NCBI RefSeq assembly: GCF_006345805.1
Contig: NC_043010.1
Coordinates: forward strand, 57,350,001 to 57,414,000
Length of the DNA stretch: 64,000 bases
Reading direction: 5' to 3'
From: Octopus sinensis
Lineage: Eukaryota
Every line of letters begins with the position of its first letter. The stretch's first letter is position 1. The notes beneath the pieces were generated by a model, which saw only the letters and a program-made list of their open reading frames with translations, ran no database searches and was not told the DNA's origin. Of this stretch, positions 40,081-53,359 are shown one piece after another. A program made the position numbers and the translations under genes.

Positions 40081-41432
40081 TTGTGAGGGTTAACACTGGA
40101 TGGCCAAAGGGGGCAGTATGGTTTGAGTGCATGGGGTACAGGAGTGTATATGGAGTGTTACAAAAACGAGTGTGTAAAAAATGCAAAGCATTTGCAGGAA
40201 ACAAGAAAATAAAGGAAAGTAAATAAAACAACTGAATAGGGAGACATCCACCTCTGGGGTCAATCAAAAAACCCCATAGATTAGGGACTATTGTTGTTTC
40301 CAAGCGAAAGTAACCCCTTTCAACTGTGTGCTCCAGCCTAAAAGAAAATATGGTGAGGTGACCCCAATCATTTGTGTCCCCACTCCCCACTTCCAACTTC
40401 CTCTTTAAGAAAAACTAAAAGAAGTTTCTAGAGGCTGAAAGAGGAAGGAGTCTTTGCTCTGTGATTTTTGATTTTATAAATCATACAACACTGCTCACCA
40501 GAGCTCTCATAAGGAGGGAAACTGACTTTCAGGACAAACAAAAGTGTAAGGCAATCCTCACAATGGATTTAGCCCACATCCAGCTCCATTCAACATATGG
40601 CAATTCCACATGATAGCAGTTCTAAGACACTAAGCAGAATGGTTGCCTTGTTATACCTACATTACAGTTCCACTTGGATGATGGCACTTCTGTGCCTGTA
40701 GAATTTAGTGGGAATCTTGCACACCCTTGGTAGCACTTTGAGTCTTGGGATGTCTAATTGTCTACAGTCCCTGGACGATGCTGGTTCCCATCCATGCCCA
40801 CCACTAATTCTCTATAGAATGCAAGAATAGGTTATCACCAACCATATTACCACATCTGACAACATAACAGATTTTAGGCATTTGGTCTTTACCTGCCTCT
40901 CAACTACAGCTTCATCAAAGAGATGACCTGTCCGAAGACAGATTTGATAAACAATGACCACCCCTGCTCACCATTCAGAAATCACTGTAGACACTGCAGC
41001 CTTGCATATCATCAATCAAGCATGACACATTGATCCCTTCATGGAGAGAGTTGGCAGTAGATGGACCATTTTATCAATGGAATATACCCCTTTCATATGA
41101 AATGAAAGAGCAGATATTCTACTCTCTTCAGATAAAAAAAAAACTGGGGCCAGATGCAATAGTGAGGGGATAATAAATGATGGCTGTAATGTATGCATTT
41201 AACATTTCTGTATCTCCTTTCAAAGATAACTCCTTCTCAACCCATTTCTGGTTGAGACAGGTCACCTTGCTTAGAACCTCATCCTAATTCTTGTCTGCCT
41301 GGAGGTGTGGCTTGAACCTGGTACCATGCATCTTAAAAGGACCACCAGTTTATCATGCTGGCTGGTGTGGGTTTGCTTCTTGTGGTTCTGAGTTCTAAAA
41401 CCATGTCAGTAGTCTTTCAATATTGTCCTCTA

Positions 41433-41618
41433 CTGTTATTTAACCCTAGGAAACACCGTTTCCTGTTGGACTTGACACATTTCCTGTGTCCTAATGTTTT
41501 CAAAGAGGAGATAAGCACCTGCACCCAGCAAAAAAAAAAACAAACAAACAAAAAAAACAGGACACAGGAAATGTGTCAAGTCCAACAGGAAACGGTGTTT
41601 CCTAGGGTTAAATAACAG
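41433..41618. mobile_element. MITE with perfect 60-bp TIRs and TA flanks
   Basis: 41433-41492 is the exact reverse complement of 41559-41618; TA at 41431-41432 and 41619-41620. Confidence 0.75.
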
Positions 41619-42350
41619 TAGCATTCTTCCCTTTCATGGGACTGTCACATTAAGTTGACAACATACTATCACTTTAGAATGATGATAATTTAGAATACTG
41701 CCAGGCAACCATAAAGAATACAACAGTTGATGAATGTAACATAAAAATCTGTGCTAATAATTCTGTATGGTTGGTCACTATTGTTAGTCCTCGTCTGACA
41801 GTTTTTCATTCCAACTCAAATACAGCATGGTACACTTATTGTATGATTCTCTCATTATTATTTGCTCCAGTTCAATGGAGTCTATGCTTTGTTGATGAGG
41901 TTTAATAAAGCTGAAACATGCATAGAGTTGCCTCCCCTCTTTCCACAAAGTGAAAGTAGTATTAGTTATTGAGGAGATGAAGTTGTCATTTCTTCTTCCC
42001 ATATTTATTTTTAATTAGTTATAATTTAGTACTGAGAGTATTAACGCCAAATTTTGATTTACTGTCCTGAAATCTCTGCATATTAGTAAAAGTTGATTAA
42101 AAACAAAACAAAACAAAACAGACAAAAAGCATGTTTTTATATGTTGTTTAGTTTGTAACCTAGCAACGCAAGTTCTCTTTTTTAATCCCACTAATCTAAA
42201 GTATTCCTTAATCATCTCTTTCATCTTTGTAACGATGATTATTAAAAACATGGACAATCTGTTTTGGCAGTTGGGGCTTGGTCGTCCGGGAAGAAAAACA
42301 TCATCGGAGACAATTGAGAATATTTGCCGCTTCCAGCTTTGGTTGGACGG

Positions 42351-42359
42351 CAACAGCAA

Positions 42360-42391
<32 letters not shown>

Positions 42392-42480
42392 GCAACAGCA
42401 GCAGCAGCAGCAACAGCAGCAACAGCAGCAACAACAGCAACAGCAGCAGCAACAGCAGCAGCAACAGCAGCAACAGCAGA

Positions 42481-42511
<31 letters not shown>

Positions 42512-42539
42512 GCAGCAACAGCAACAGCAACAACAACAG

Positions 42540-42574
<35 letters not shown>

Positions 42575-42590
42575 GCAGCAGCAACAGCAG

Positions 42591-42622
<32 letters not shown>

Positions 42623-42641
42623 GCAGCAGCAACAGCAGCAA

Positions 42642-42685
<44 letters not shown>

Positions 42686-42698
42686 ACAGCAGCAGCAA

Positions 42699-42733
<35 letters not shown>

Positions 42734-42845
42734 GCAGCAACAGCAGCAGCAGCAGCAACAGCAGCAACAGCAGCAACAGCAGCAGCAACAGCAGCAGCAG
42801 CAACAGCAGCAACAGCAGCAACAGCAGCAGCAACAGCAGCAGCAA

Positions 42846-42877
<32 letters not shown>

Positions 42878-42994
42878 GCAGCAGCACGCAGCACAGCACA
42901 GCAACAGCAGCAACAGCAGCAACAGCAGCAGCAACAGCATCACAACAGCCAGCAGCAACACAGCACAGCAACATCGCAACAGCAGCAGCAGCAA

Positions 42995-43026
<32 letters not shown>

Positions 43027-43150
43027 GCAGCACAGCAGCAGCAACAGCAGCAGCACAGCAGCAGCAACAGCAGCAGCAGCAACAGCAGCAGCAGCAACAG
43101 CAGCAGCAGAACAGCAGCAGCAACAGCAGCAGCAACAGCAGACAACAGCA

Positions 43151-43181
<31 letters not shown>

Positions 43182-43514
43182 CAGCAGCATCAGCAGCAGC
43201 AAAGCATCAGCAACAGCACAGCAACAGCAGCAGCAACAGCAGCAACAGCAGCAACAGCAGCAACACAGCAACAGCAGCAGCACAGCAGCAGCAACAGCGC
43301 AGCAGCATCAACAGCAGCAACAGCAGCAGCAGCATCAGCAACAGCAGCACAGCAGCAACACAGCAGCAGCAACAGCATCAAAGCAACAGCAGCAACACAG
43401 CAGCAACAAAAAAAAACAAAAAAAAAAAAAAACAACAACAGCAACAACAGCAGCAACATGCAGCAGCAGCAGCAACAGCGCAACAGCTCACAGCACAGCA
43501 GCAACGCAGCAGCA

Positions 43515-43546
<32 letters not shown>

Positions 43547-43630
43547 GCAGCAACTCACAGCACAACAGCAGCAGCAGCACAGCACAGCACAGCAGCAGCA
43601 ACAGCAGCAGCAAAGCATCAACAGCAGCAA

Positions 43631-43668
<38 letters not shown>

Positions 43669-44157
43669 CAGCAGCAGCACAACAGCAGCAGCAACAGCAA
43701 AACAGCAGCAACAGCAGCAGCAACAGCAGCACAATTCAACAGCAGCAACAGCAGCACAGCAGCAACATCCGCAGCAACACAGCAGCAAGCATCAACAGCA
43801 GCAACAGCAGCAGCAGCAGCAACAGCAGCAACAGCAGCAACAGCAGCACAGCACAGCAGCAACAGCAGCAACAGCAGCAACAACATCAGCAACAGCAGCA
43901 AGCAGCAGCAACAGCAGCAACGCAGCAGCAGCAACAGCAGCAGCAACAGCAGCAGCAACAGCTCAGCAACATCGCAGCAGCAACAGCAGCAACAGCACAC
44001 AGCAGCAACAGCACAACAGCAGCACAGCAACAGCTCAGCAACAAGCAGCAGCAACATCAGCAGCAGCAACAGCAGCAGCAGCAACAGCATCACAGCAGCA
44101 ACAGCAGCAGCAGCAACAGCAGCAGCAGCAACAGCAGCAGCACAGCAGCAACAGCAG

Positions 44158-44189
<32 letters not shown>

Positions 44190-44473
44190 ACAGCAGCAAC
44201 AGCAGCAGCAGCAACAGCAGCACAGCAGCAACAGCAGCAGCAACAGCAGCAACAGCAGCAGCAGCAGCAACAGCAGCACACAGCAGCAACAGCAGCATCA
44301 GCACAGCGCAGCAACAGCAGCACAGCAGCAGCATCAGCAGCATCAGCAACAGCAGCAACAGCACAGCACAGCAGCACAGCAACAGCAGCAGCACAGCAAA
44401 GCAGCAGCAACAGCACAGCAGCAACAGCACAGCAACAGCAGCAGCAACAGCAGCAACAGCAGCCGCAACAGCA

Positions 44474-44504
<31 letters not shown>

Positions 44505-44618
44505 ACAGCGCAGCAGCAACAGCAGCAGCAACAGCAGCAGCAACACCAGCAGCATCAACAGCAGCAACAGCAGCAAACAGCAGCAACAGCAGCACAGCAG
44601 CAGCAGCAACAGCAGCAG

Positions 44619-44650
<32 letters not shown>

Positions 44651-44912
44651 ACAGCAGCAGCATCAGCAAACAACAGCAACAGCAGCATCAACAGCGCAGC
44701 AACAGCAGCAACATCAGCAACAGCAGCACAACAGCAGCAACAGCAGCAGCAGCACAGCAACAGCAGCAACAGCAGCAACAGCAGCAACAGCAGCAGCAGC
44801 AACAGCAGCAGCAACAGCAGCAGCAACAGCAGCAGCAACAGCAGCAGCAGCAACAGCAGCAACAGCAGCAACAGCAGCAACAGCAGCAACAGCAGCAGCA
44901 GCAACAGCAGCA

Positions 44913-44962
<50 letters not shown>

Positions 44963-45018
44963 AGCAGCAGCAGCAACAGCAGCAGCAGCAACAGCAGCAG
45001 CAACAGCAGCAACAGCAG

Positions 45019-45050
<32 letters not shown>

Positions 45051-45219
45051 ACAGCAGCAACAGCAGCAGCAGCAACAGCAGCAACAGCAGCAACAGCAGC
45101 AGCAACAGCAGCAACAGCAGCAGCAGCAGCAACAGCAGCAACAGCAGCAACAGCAGCAGCAGCAACAGCAGCAGCAACAGCAGCAACAGCAGCAACAGCA
45201 GCAACAGCAGCAACAGCAG

Positions 45220-45252
<33 letters not shown>

Positions 45253-45348
45253 TAGCAACAGCAGCAGCAGCAACAGCAGCAGCAGCAACAGCAGCAACAG
45301 CAGCAGCAGCAACAGCAGCAGCAACAGCAGCAGCAACAGCAGCAACAG
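42351..45348. repeat. ~3.0-kb (CAG/CAA)n trinucleotide tract
   Basis: Interspersed CAG and CAA; clean period at both ends, indel-rich middle, A-rich interruption at ~43405-43440. Confidence 0.97.
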
Positions 45349-45434
45349 AAGCAAACAAAACCATCTTCATCTCACTTCTTACAATTTTAGCAGCAACATT
45401 TTCACTTGTCAAGAACTGTTATTACAACATGTTC

Positions 45435-45472
<38 letters not shown>

Positions 45473-45574
45473 ACACACCTGTGTAATGACAGCAAAAATG
45501 TTCTCCCCTCCACACACACACGTCAGTATAAATACCGTTGAGTCTAGATGTCCATCTATACAATAATCCTCATC

Positions 45575-45750
45575 ATTTGACGTTGTTGTATCCGCCATGG
45601 GTTGGATGGCAAACCAGAGTGCTGCACCAGGCTCCAATTATCAGCTTTGGAACAATTTCTACAGCTGGATGCCCTTCCTAATGCCAACCACTTTGCAGAG
45701 TGCACTGGGTGTTTATGTGGCACCAACACAGGTGGTTTTCATGTGGCACA
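45575..45750 (-). mobile_element. SINE family B
   Basis: Reverse-complement family B body. Confidence 0.65.
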
Positions 45751-46749
45751 ATACATAGAGATCATAGTTTGAACTTCAGTTTGCCATAAAATTTTCGCTG
45801 TTGATTTCTTTGAAATATTTCTCCAAGTCCACCATGGTGGCCTGGCTAACTCTGCTAAAATATCACGTTTTTATATGAAACAAAGACTTGTCACTTGTTC
45901 CTCTTTTAAAAAAACTAAATCCTTCCATATTGCTTCCTTCTCAACATCTCTTCCACCCAAATGCTTACAATGAGGGACCCTGGTAGTCATCGAACCAGTT
46001 CATTATTTCCTAAATACAGTCAGAATCAAGAACTGGTATTATTTCTATTTTCCCAGTAAAAGCAGGAGACAATTCTACTCATATTTCAGCTTATTCTGAC
46101 CTCATCAAAGAGGTATTGTCTTCACTGTTATTTGCAGATTAATAATAAAAAGTGACCAACAGCCATACTCTCACCATGTGGCCATACTCTACTCTTCTGT
46201 CATCTTTGCTATTTTATTCTCACAAAGGAAAACATGGATAAAGATCTCTTCTGAGCCATAGATTCATGAGGTAGACTTCCCAGATTCTGTGCTGGATATA
46301 TTCATCATCGTCATCTTCATCATCATCATCATGATCCTATCAAATCATGATAAATGATTTCATTTCATTACTATAGAAGGAATTTAATTAATATTCTTTA
46401 GCATCGACTTAAATATGACACATCAGACATTAAACAGACCCAAATACAAGGCATCAACCATCAAACATCAGACTTAAACATGGAACTGACTTTGAAATAA
46501 GACAACAGACCTCAACACAGGACACCAAACAGACTTCACCATCAGACATCTGACATCAAACAAACTCAACAGGTAAATTTGCAGCAATAGAAGCTATAAG
46601 GGTGTGTATGTGTCTGGGGAATTATTTTCCCCTCAGGTCATCCCAGTTTTATGATTAAAGTTTCTTCATCCATGACCACCTCATCCAACACAACCTTCTT
46701 TAAAGATGGCCAAAGAGTAATTTGGGAGGAATTTTGCTGCTGTTTTTAG

Positions 46750-46836
46750 CAAGCTGCTTACTTTATTGGTTGAGAGGAGAGTGTTTATTGGAGGGAAAAA
46801 CTGTGACTTCCAATGGCACAATTGTCAGTTCTGTAG
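46750..46836 (+). CDS. Candidate 87-nt symmetric exon
   Basis: TGTTTTTAG acceptor and AG|GTAAGA donor; open as KLLTLLVERRVFIGGKNCDFQWHNCQFC or SCLLYWLRGECLLEGK... Confidence 0.3.
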
Positions 46837-48554
46837 GTAAGAGGCACTTCATGGCATCAGTAAAGTCACTTGTGATGATAAAGATCATGATGATGATGAT
46901 GATGATGATGACGATGAGGATGATGATGATGACGACGACGATGATGATGATGAGGATAGTCATCATCACCATGGAGGTTTTGGTAGTATTGATGTTGATG
47001 ATGATGGCAGTGGCAGTAATAGTGGTGGTGATGATGACAATAGTGATGATGACGATGATGATGATGGTGATGGTGATGGTGATGGTGATGGTGATGACAG
47101 TAGTGTATTATAAGATGACATGCAAGAGATAGGTGCAAAGTCGATGAACAGGTCTGTTATATTCCTGTTGTGAATGTATGAACATATCACTGGCAGATGT
47201 TTCATGGTGGACGTATCACACACACACACACACGCACACACACACACACACACATGCGCACGCATACACATGCACACGCGCACACATGCACATATGTATA
47301 CACATACATACATACACAGAAATGGCTACCTAGATATATATATACATATACTTATGCACAGTGCATATATACACAACATGCACACACACACACACATTTA
47401 TATGTAGACGTTAACACACACACACATATAAAGATAAGACAACCACACATCCTGTTTGCATATATACACACATAAATGCATTTATATTTACATATTTACA
47501 AACATATTTATAGTTAGGTTTATACACAGGGACATAGACGCATATATATGCACACGCACACATACACACACACACAGACATATACATAGACAGATACACA
47601 TACATACGCAGAGATAATGTAGGCTGAGGTAAAGGGAAATAGGTGGTGGTGGTGGTGGTGGTGGTGGTGAGGGTGGAGGTGTGTGTGGTAGCAGTAGGGG
47701 TTTGTGGTAATGGTGTTGTGATATGGAACTAATAATAGCGGTATTGCAGTGGTGGTGGTGGTGGGGGGGCTGTGATGGTGGTGGTGGTGGTGTTGGCAAT
47801 GGTAGTGATGCTGCTGCTGATGATGATGATGGAGTAGGACGGCTTCTCTGTCAATTTTGATATATGAGTGTCCAATAATGATTTCACCTGCACATGATCG
47901 TTACAGCATCATCATCATCATCATCATATAAAAAAGCACAACAACAACAACAACAACAGCAGTGTAAACAAAAGCAATCATTTAGTTAGAGATGGTTTGA
48001 TATTCCAGTAAATTGAATCTGATGATAACATCCATATTTCATTTTCTCTGTTGTTGTTTAAAGAAAAGAACACTGACCATGGCTGCTGCTTCACTTCACC
48101 ACAGCCAGACAAGACATTGCAGCTCCAGTTAAGAATTAGTTGGGGTCAGCGAAATATTTCATGGGTAAATGAAACTGCGTGGGGTGGTGGGGGTGTTCTG
48201 ACCATCCCCCTCTTTCCTCCACCTTCCCAAACTGATTATTCATTATTGACCATGCTTCCATCTGTGTCAACCATTCTCTGTATCCACTTCCATGCCCATC
48301 TCTATCCATCTGCCATTCTCCTTCCATATTCTTGCAAACTTTCTTGCCCACCCACTCACCCTGTCCCTTAAATCCCACCTTCCTGTAATTTGTGACTCTA
48401 TCCAAACACATCTTCTCCCACCATCTTCTTTCTGTCCAGTTGGGATGGCCATGGATCTCCTCCACAGCAAGGTACTTCTGGTTTCTGTCCCCTTAGCATA
48501 CATTATGGCCCCTCCCTCGCATGAGAGGGTCTTGTCTTGTGAGTTACTGAGGGA

Positions 48555-48727
48555 CCTCACCTGTTCTGGTGCCATGTAAAAAGCACCCAAAACAACTCTG
48601 TAAAATGGTTGGCATTAGAAGCCATGCCAAAGTGGAGATTGGGGTTTGGTGCAGTCCTATGGCTTGCTGCTTCCTTTTCACTGACCAGCACATGTCAGCA
48701 TGGGAAACAGCCACTGAATGACGGCGA

Positions 48728-48750
<23 letters not shown>
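48555..48750 (+). mobile_element. SINE family B (diverged)
   Basis: Family B body plus a (GAT)/(GGT) tail. Confidence 0.65.
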
Positions 48751-48761
<11 letters not shown>

Positions 48762-49114
48762 GGTGGTGGTGGTGATGATGGTGATGGTGATGATGTGTGT
48801 GTGTGTGTGTATGCACGCACATACTTGCATGTTCACTCATACACACAAAGTGTCATGAGATATTTTCCAGAATACCTCTATGTATGTATGTATGTATGCA
48901 TGTATGTATGTATGTATGTATGTGTGTGTGTGTATGTATGTATGTGCGTATGTATGTATATATGGGTGTGTATGTATATATATGTGTGTGTGTGTGTATG
49001 TATGTATGTGTGTATGTCTGTATATATGTATATGTGTAAACTTGTGTGTATACGTGTGTGTGTGTATACATGTATATATACAATTTATGTGTGTGTGTAT
49101 GTTTTGTTAGGATG

Positions 49115-49880
49115 AGTCTGTGATCAGTTCAGCATCCAGCGCCACACATGGCCTTTGTCACCCGAACCTCCAGCCTGTCCTTTCTCCTGACAATAACAAA
49201 GTCAGTTATATGCCAATGTTCACTATGAGGATGTATCCAGAACATCTTTTCGTAATCAGGCAGGTGAAACATTGAATTGGTGATCAAGAGATAATGAGCT
49301 GGACAGGTGTTCAGTGATTGGTAACCATTGCTATTGCTCTTGCCAACCCCATGTTGTTGAAGTTGCTAAGAAGGATGAGCTTGGCCTTCTTTGGCTCAGC
49401 TGTTACGAGGATTTCCGAATTGTCATAGAAATTGTCTTTGATCTCCTCAGGGTTGGTCGTGGTGGAAGCATAAACACTGATGATGGTGGCATGGCATTTT
49501 CCTCTGAAGGGAAGCTGTAGAGACATGAGTCATTCAGTCCTCTGTGAAGGTTGGTTACCCCACTGATCAGAATAGATCTGATGGCAAAACCCACAACATT
49601 CATTGCTACTCAGCCACTTCAGAATAAAGTGTGACCAGCTTTGACCTCTGTCAGCTGACCTCTGTCTGCAAACCTAGTTTCGTTCAGAGCTGTCAATGTG
49701 GGTGTTGTCCCTGCTGAGTTCTCTTGCGACAAATGCTGGCTGTCTCCCAGGTCTGTTTGCTTTGGTGCTGTCCACAAGCGTCCCCACATTCCATGTACCA
49801 ATGGTGAGTGATGCCACTGATGTCTTGAGATCAACACTGACCCCTGGGAGACACAAGTGCGAGACCACTCTGCTTGGCTA
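49115..49880 (-). mobile_element. RTE (BovB-like) 5' region, apurinic endonuclease domain
   Basis: LTIGTWNVGTL...RELSR, VGFAIRS, ATIISVYAxTTTNPEEIKDNFY...LILLSNFN motifs; frameshifted. Confidence 0.8.
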
Positions 49881-49884
49881 GCGA

Positions 49885-50150
49885 AGCTGCACCAGCAGAG
49901 GTGCCACCTCTTATGAACAGAATGAGTTTGCAGGAGCACAAGGAAAAATCAAACTGCGCAAGTCCAGAGCCAGCTCCTTGCTTTTGGTCCCTATGGATCA
50001 CCAGTGTCTCTCTTGCAGCAAAGCTTTCAGAGAATACATCAGACTGGTTGGTCACATCTGGACATATTGGGCCCTGTCTTCTTCACCCAAATGATGTCTT
50101 TGGTCATCATCGACAACAATGGTTGAACTAACAACAACAACATCAGCGGC
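49885..50150 (+). mobile_element. RTE (BovB-like) 3' end with (AAC)n tail
   Basis: GATSYE...CxxCxxxF...GLxxHxxTx zinc-finger-like C-terminal remnant, then AAC repeats. Confidence 0.6.
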
Positions 50151-50174
50151 AACAACAAAAGCAACAAGACTTTT

Positions 50175-51650
50175 CAACCTAGCAATTACTGAAATTGGTT
50201 TAGTAGCCAAGAATTACTAAGGAATTAGAAATCCTTCAAAGCTAGAGCAATGGACTAATGGCAGCACTGTAGCAGATTGGTTTAAGGATTTAAAGCATGG
50301 GCACCAGAGCTTGATTTACACAGTTTGACATTGAAGATTTTTATCTTTCAATATAAAGATCATTGCTCAATAAGGCAATTGAGTTCGTAAAAACATGTTA
50401 ATATTGACCTCAAAGACCTGGACTTTATTGTGCATGTGAGGAAAAACTTTCTATTAAGTAAAGCTCAGCATAGCTTAAAAAAATCTAGTATGAATGAATT
50501 GTTTGACACATTGACGAGATTGTTTGACGGTGTGTAGACATCTGTGATTTTGTGAGTCTTTTATATTAGATACACTGAAATCCAAGTTCCCATCCCATTA
50601 TATTGGCTATCATCAGGACGATGGTCTGGGCATATCGCATGGCTATGATATTCACACACTCGATGAATTCATTGAAAACCTCATATTTAGTCAATTAAGT
50701 CTCAAAATCACTGCTAACACTAATCTGTCCAAAGTTGATGTTTTATATGTTTCCTGAGACTTATACTCATGCTTTTATGAAGTCTGCCATAAATCAAATG
50801 CGAAACTCTCTTATACACACAAATAGTCCTCTCACTCCACCACCAAATAATGTTTAAAACCTGTTAGCTAACATCAGTAAAACAAAATTTAATCTCTCCT
50901 CTTTGAAGGGAGTATTCGATAAGGGAGCCCTCTATTATAACAATGTCCTAGCTAGCATTTGCTTCAAAGACAAGATGTATTACAGCCCTTCAATTAAAAA
51001 CATGAAATCTAAAAATAGACCTAAAAATAGATCTTGGAAAATAAGTTGGTCCTACCTGTCTTTCTCCCTAAATGTTAAATTTAACGTAGGCAAGAAATTC
51101 CTAGCACTTTCAGATAAACATTTCCCAATAAACCATAAATCCAGAAAAGTTTTTAACAGATGTTCAATAAAATTACCATACAGATGCTGCCCCAATATGA
51201 AGGATATTGTCACTGGCAAACCCCACCAAGAGCCCACACACAGTTGTGACCCTCAAGACCCCGAAACTTGTCCACTTGACCAGGTGTGTTTGATAAATTC
51301 TGTAATCTGTGTGGCAAAGCTTCAAGATAATGCAATTGAAAAGAAAAATGACATCACCTAATGTGAAGGCAATTTGAAAAGATGTTATGCAAATCACCAG
51401 TCTTTTCTTCTGGCACATTAATAAAAGTAAAACCATGTATGGAGTCTGAAGACCAACTGCACACCACCACATACGATCAAGTGGAGAACTGTGGAGAAAT
51501 CTATCATATATAAATGCATCTAAGAGATGCAACTTATGCATAGCTGCAAGACCGCACATACTTTTTAGATCCAAGATTTTTACCACATTACTAAATCCAG
51601 ATCTGAAATTTTCAGCAAATGCCAAGATATAGACAAATTTCTTTCATTGA
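50175..51650 (+). mobile_element. Decayed Penelope-like element (RT plus GIY-YIG endonuclease)
   Basis: FDIEDFY and IGYHQDDGLG RT motifs, NVGKKFLALSDKHFP...VFNR...CPNM, CPLDQVCL, then CNLC and RSEIFSKC endonuclease-end motifs; many stops and frameshifts. Confidence 0.8.
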
Positions 51651-52758
51651 CCGCAACTGCTGTCTCACAGACTTTGGACTCCTCTCTGCCAAATTGTTCT
51701 ACATCAACCAGCTTAGTTATCATTTCTAGAATCAAATGGGATGTGACTCTAATTCTTTTCTTTTTCCATTTTTATCCACCCTTTGTTTTCTCATTCCACA
51801 TTTTGTAATCAACCTTCTCATTTTCCCCCCTCGTTTGTCATTTCTCTGCATTCTCTTTTTCAAATAGAACAAACCCTGTGTCCAGAGCCTGATGGTTGCT
51901 TGGATACACAAATCACATTATCAAAATCTGCCAAACCATGTGTCTCAATGGCAAGAGACCATTAGTCCCTCTTGTTTTAAAGCAATCTACTTTAAGTGAT
52001 ATTTATCTCTCACAGGATGGAATGCTTCTTTGTTGATCCTATCATAATGGAACAATAATCTTTATGGCCTTCTGGCTTGCCAGACCCCAGTCAAACCGTC
52101 CAACCCTTGCCAGCAGGAAAGCAGACGTTTAAATGATGATGATGACGACGACGATGATGATGATATATATATATATTCATACTCATACATATATATATAT
52201 ATACACTTATATGCATATATACAGACACACAGTGTAGATTTGTGTTTCAGGCATGCAGATTAAACATGGATGCATAATGCAGTCCTCAGATCTGTCTGAT
52301 CCTACCAAACCATCCAAACCATGGATGTCAAATGATGACAATGATGGACAATGATGATTATGATGATGATTATGATGGTACAATTCTTTCTAAAGTTTAC
52401 AAGTTTATTTTAATATTGCCAAGATTGTCCTTAATCTTATCAGTAATATTCCACCATCTCCTCCATAGCCATTGGACACCACAAGATTTTCAATAACATC
52501 AATGATAAAGCTACAGTTAAACAGAACAAAATATTTCCTGCTTTGATAACCTGTATGAACAGAAGAAACATATTCAGTATGGTCACGTAAAATTCTTTTC
52601 CCCTCTTTAATTTTAACAACTCTAATGTCTGTCTTCTCACGTTGTATGTCTTACTAAAACATTAATTTACCAAACTAAGGTCTCCATTGCAGATTACAGG
52701 GAAGTAAAAAGGCTGTATTAGGTTACCTTAAGAAATCCTTTAAAAATTAGTCACATAC

Positions 52759-52817
52759 CATGCATATGGATTCAGACATTAAGAATGATGCCTTACTACT
52801 TCTCTCTGGAAGTACAT
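52759..52817 (-). CDS. Candidate 59-nt exon
   Basis: CCTTTATGTTCCAG acceptor and ATG|GTATGT donor; VLPERSSKASFLMSESICM. Confidence 0.3.
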
Positions 52818-53359
52818 CTGGAACATAAAGGATTATTATGTAATAATTACAAAATTGATTACTCCCCTATAAGTCATGCAATGTCCTAGATGATCAATTC
52901 TAGAAGATGCATTCTTTATCTCTCAGAGAAATGTAACATTATTTTCATGTTCTTTTTAATATTGATCAAAAGGTCTGATTTGATAAAGCATTGTGGGCAA
53001 TTTTATGAATTTTTATTGCGGAATTTGCTACTGCCAAGTACCTGGAAAATTCTAATATCTACACAATACATCTGTCATACTTGGTGCCATATTTCAAAAA
53101 CATTTATGAATTCCTCAACATTCGCACTTCATCAAGAGAAGATATGTTCCCTGATAAAGTTTATGTTGCACATGTACTACATTTGCACACATCGAAGCAA
53201 ATATCATATTTCTGTGCCTGATTAGGAATAAATTAGACTAGGAGGCACTTATCAACAAATCTTTCAGCTTTGTTAATTAATCATAGCTCCACATTACTAA
53301 ACCGTTGTGCTGTTACTGTTGTTGTTTGGCCTAAAGTCATCCCTCATTTAATCAAAACT

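Noticed and set aside
42235-45566. 1000-aa polyQ/polyS/polyA/polyL ORFs as genes
   Set aside because: CAG/CAA repeats lack stops in all frames; no independent coding evidence. Kept only as a hypothesis in the findings.
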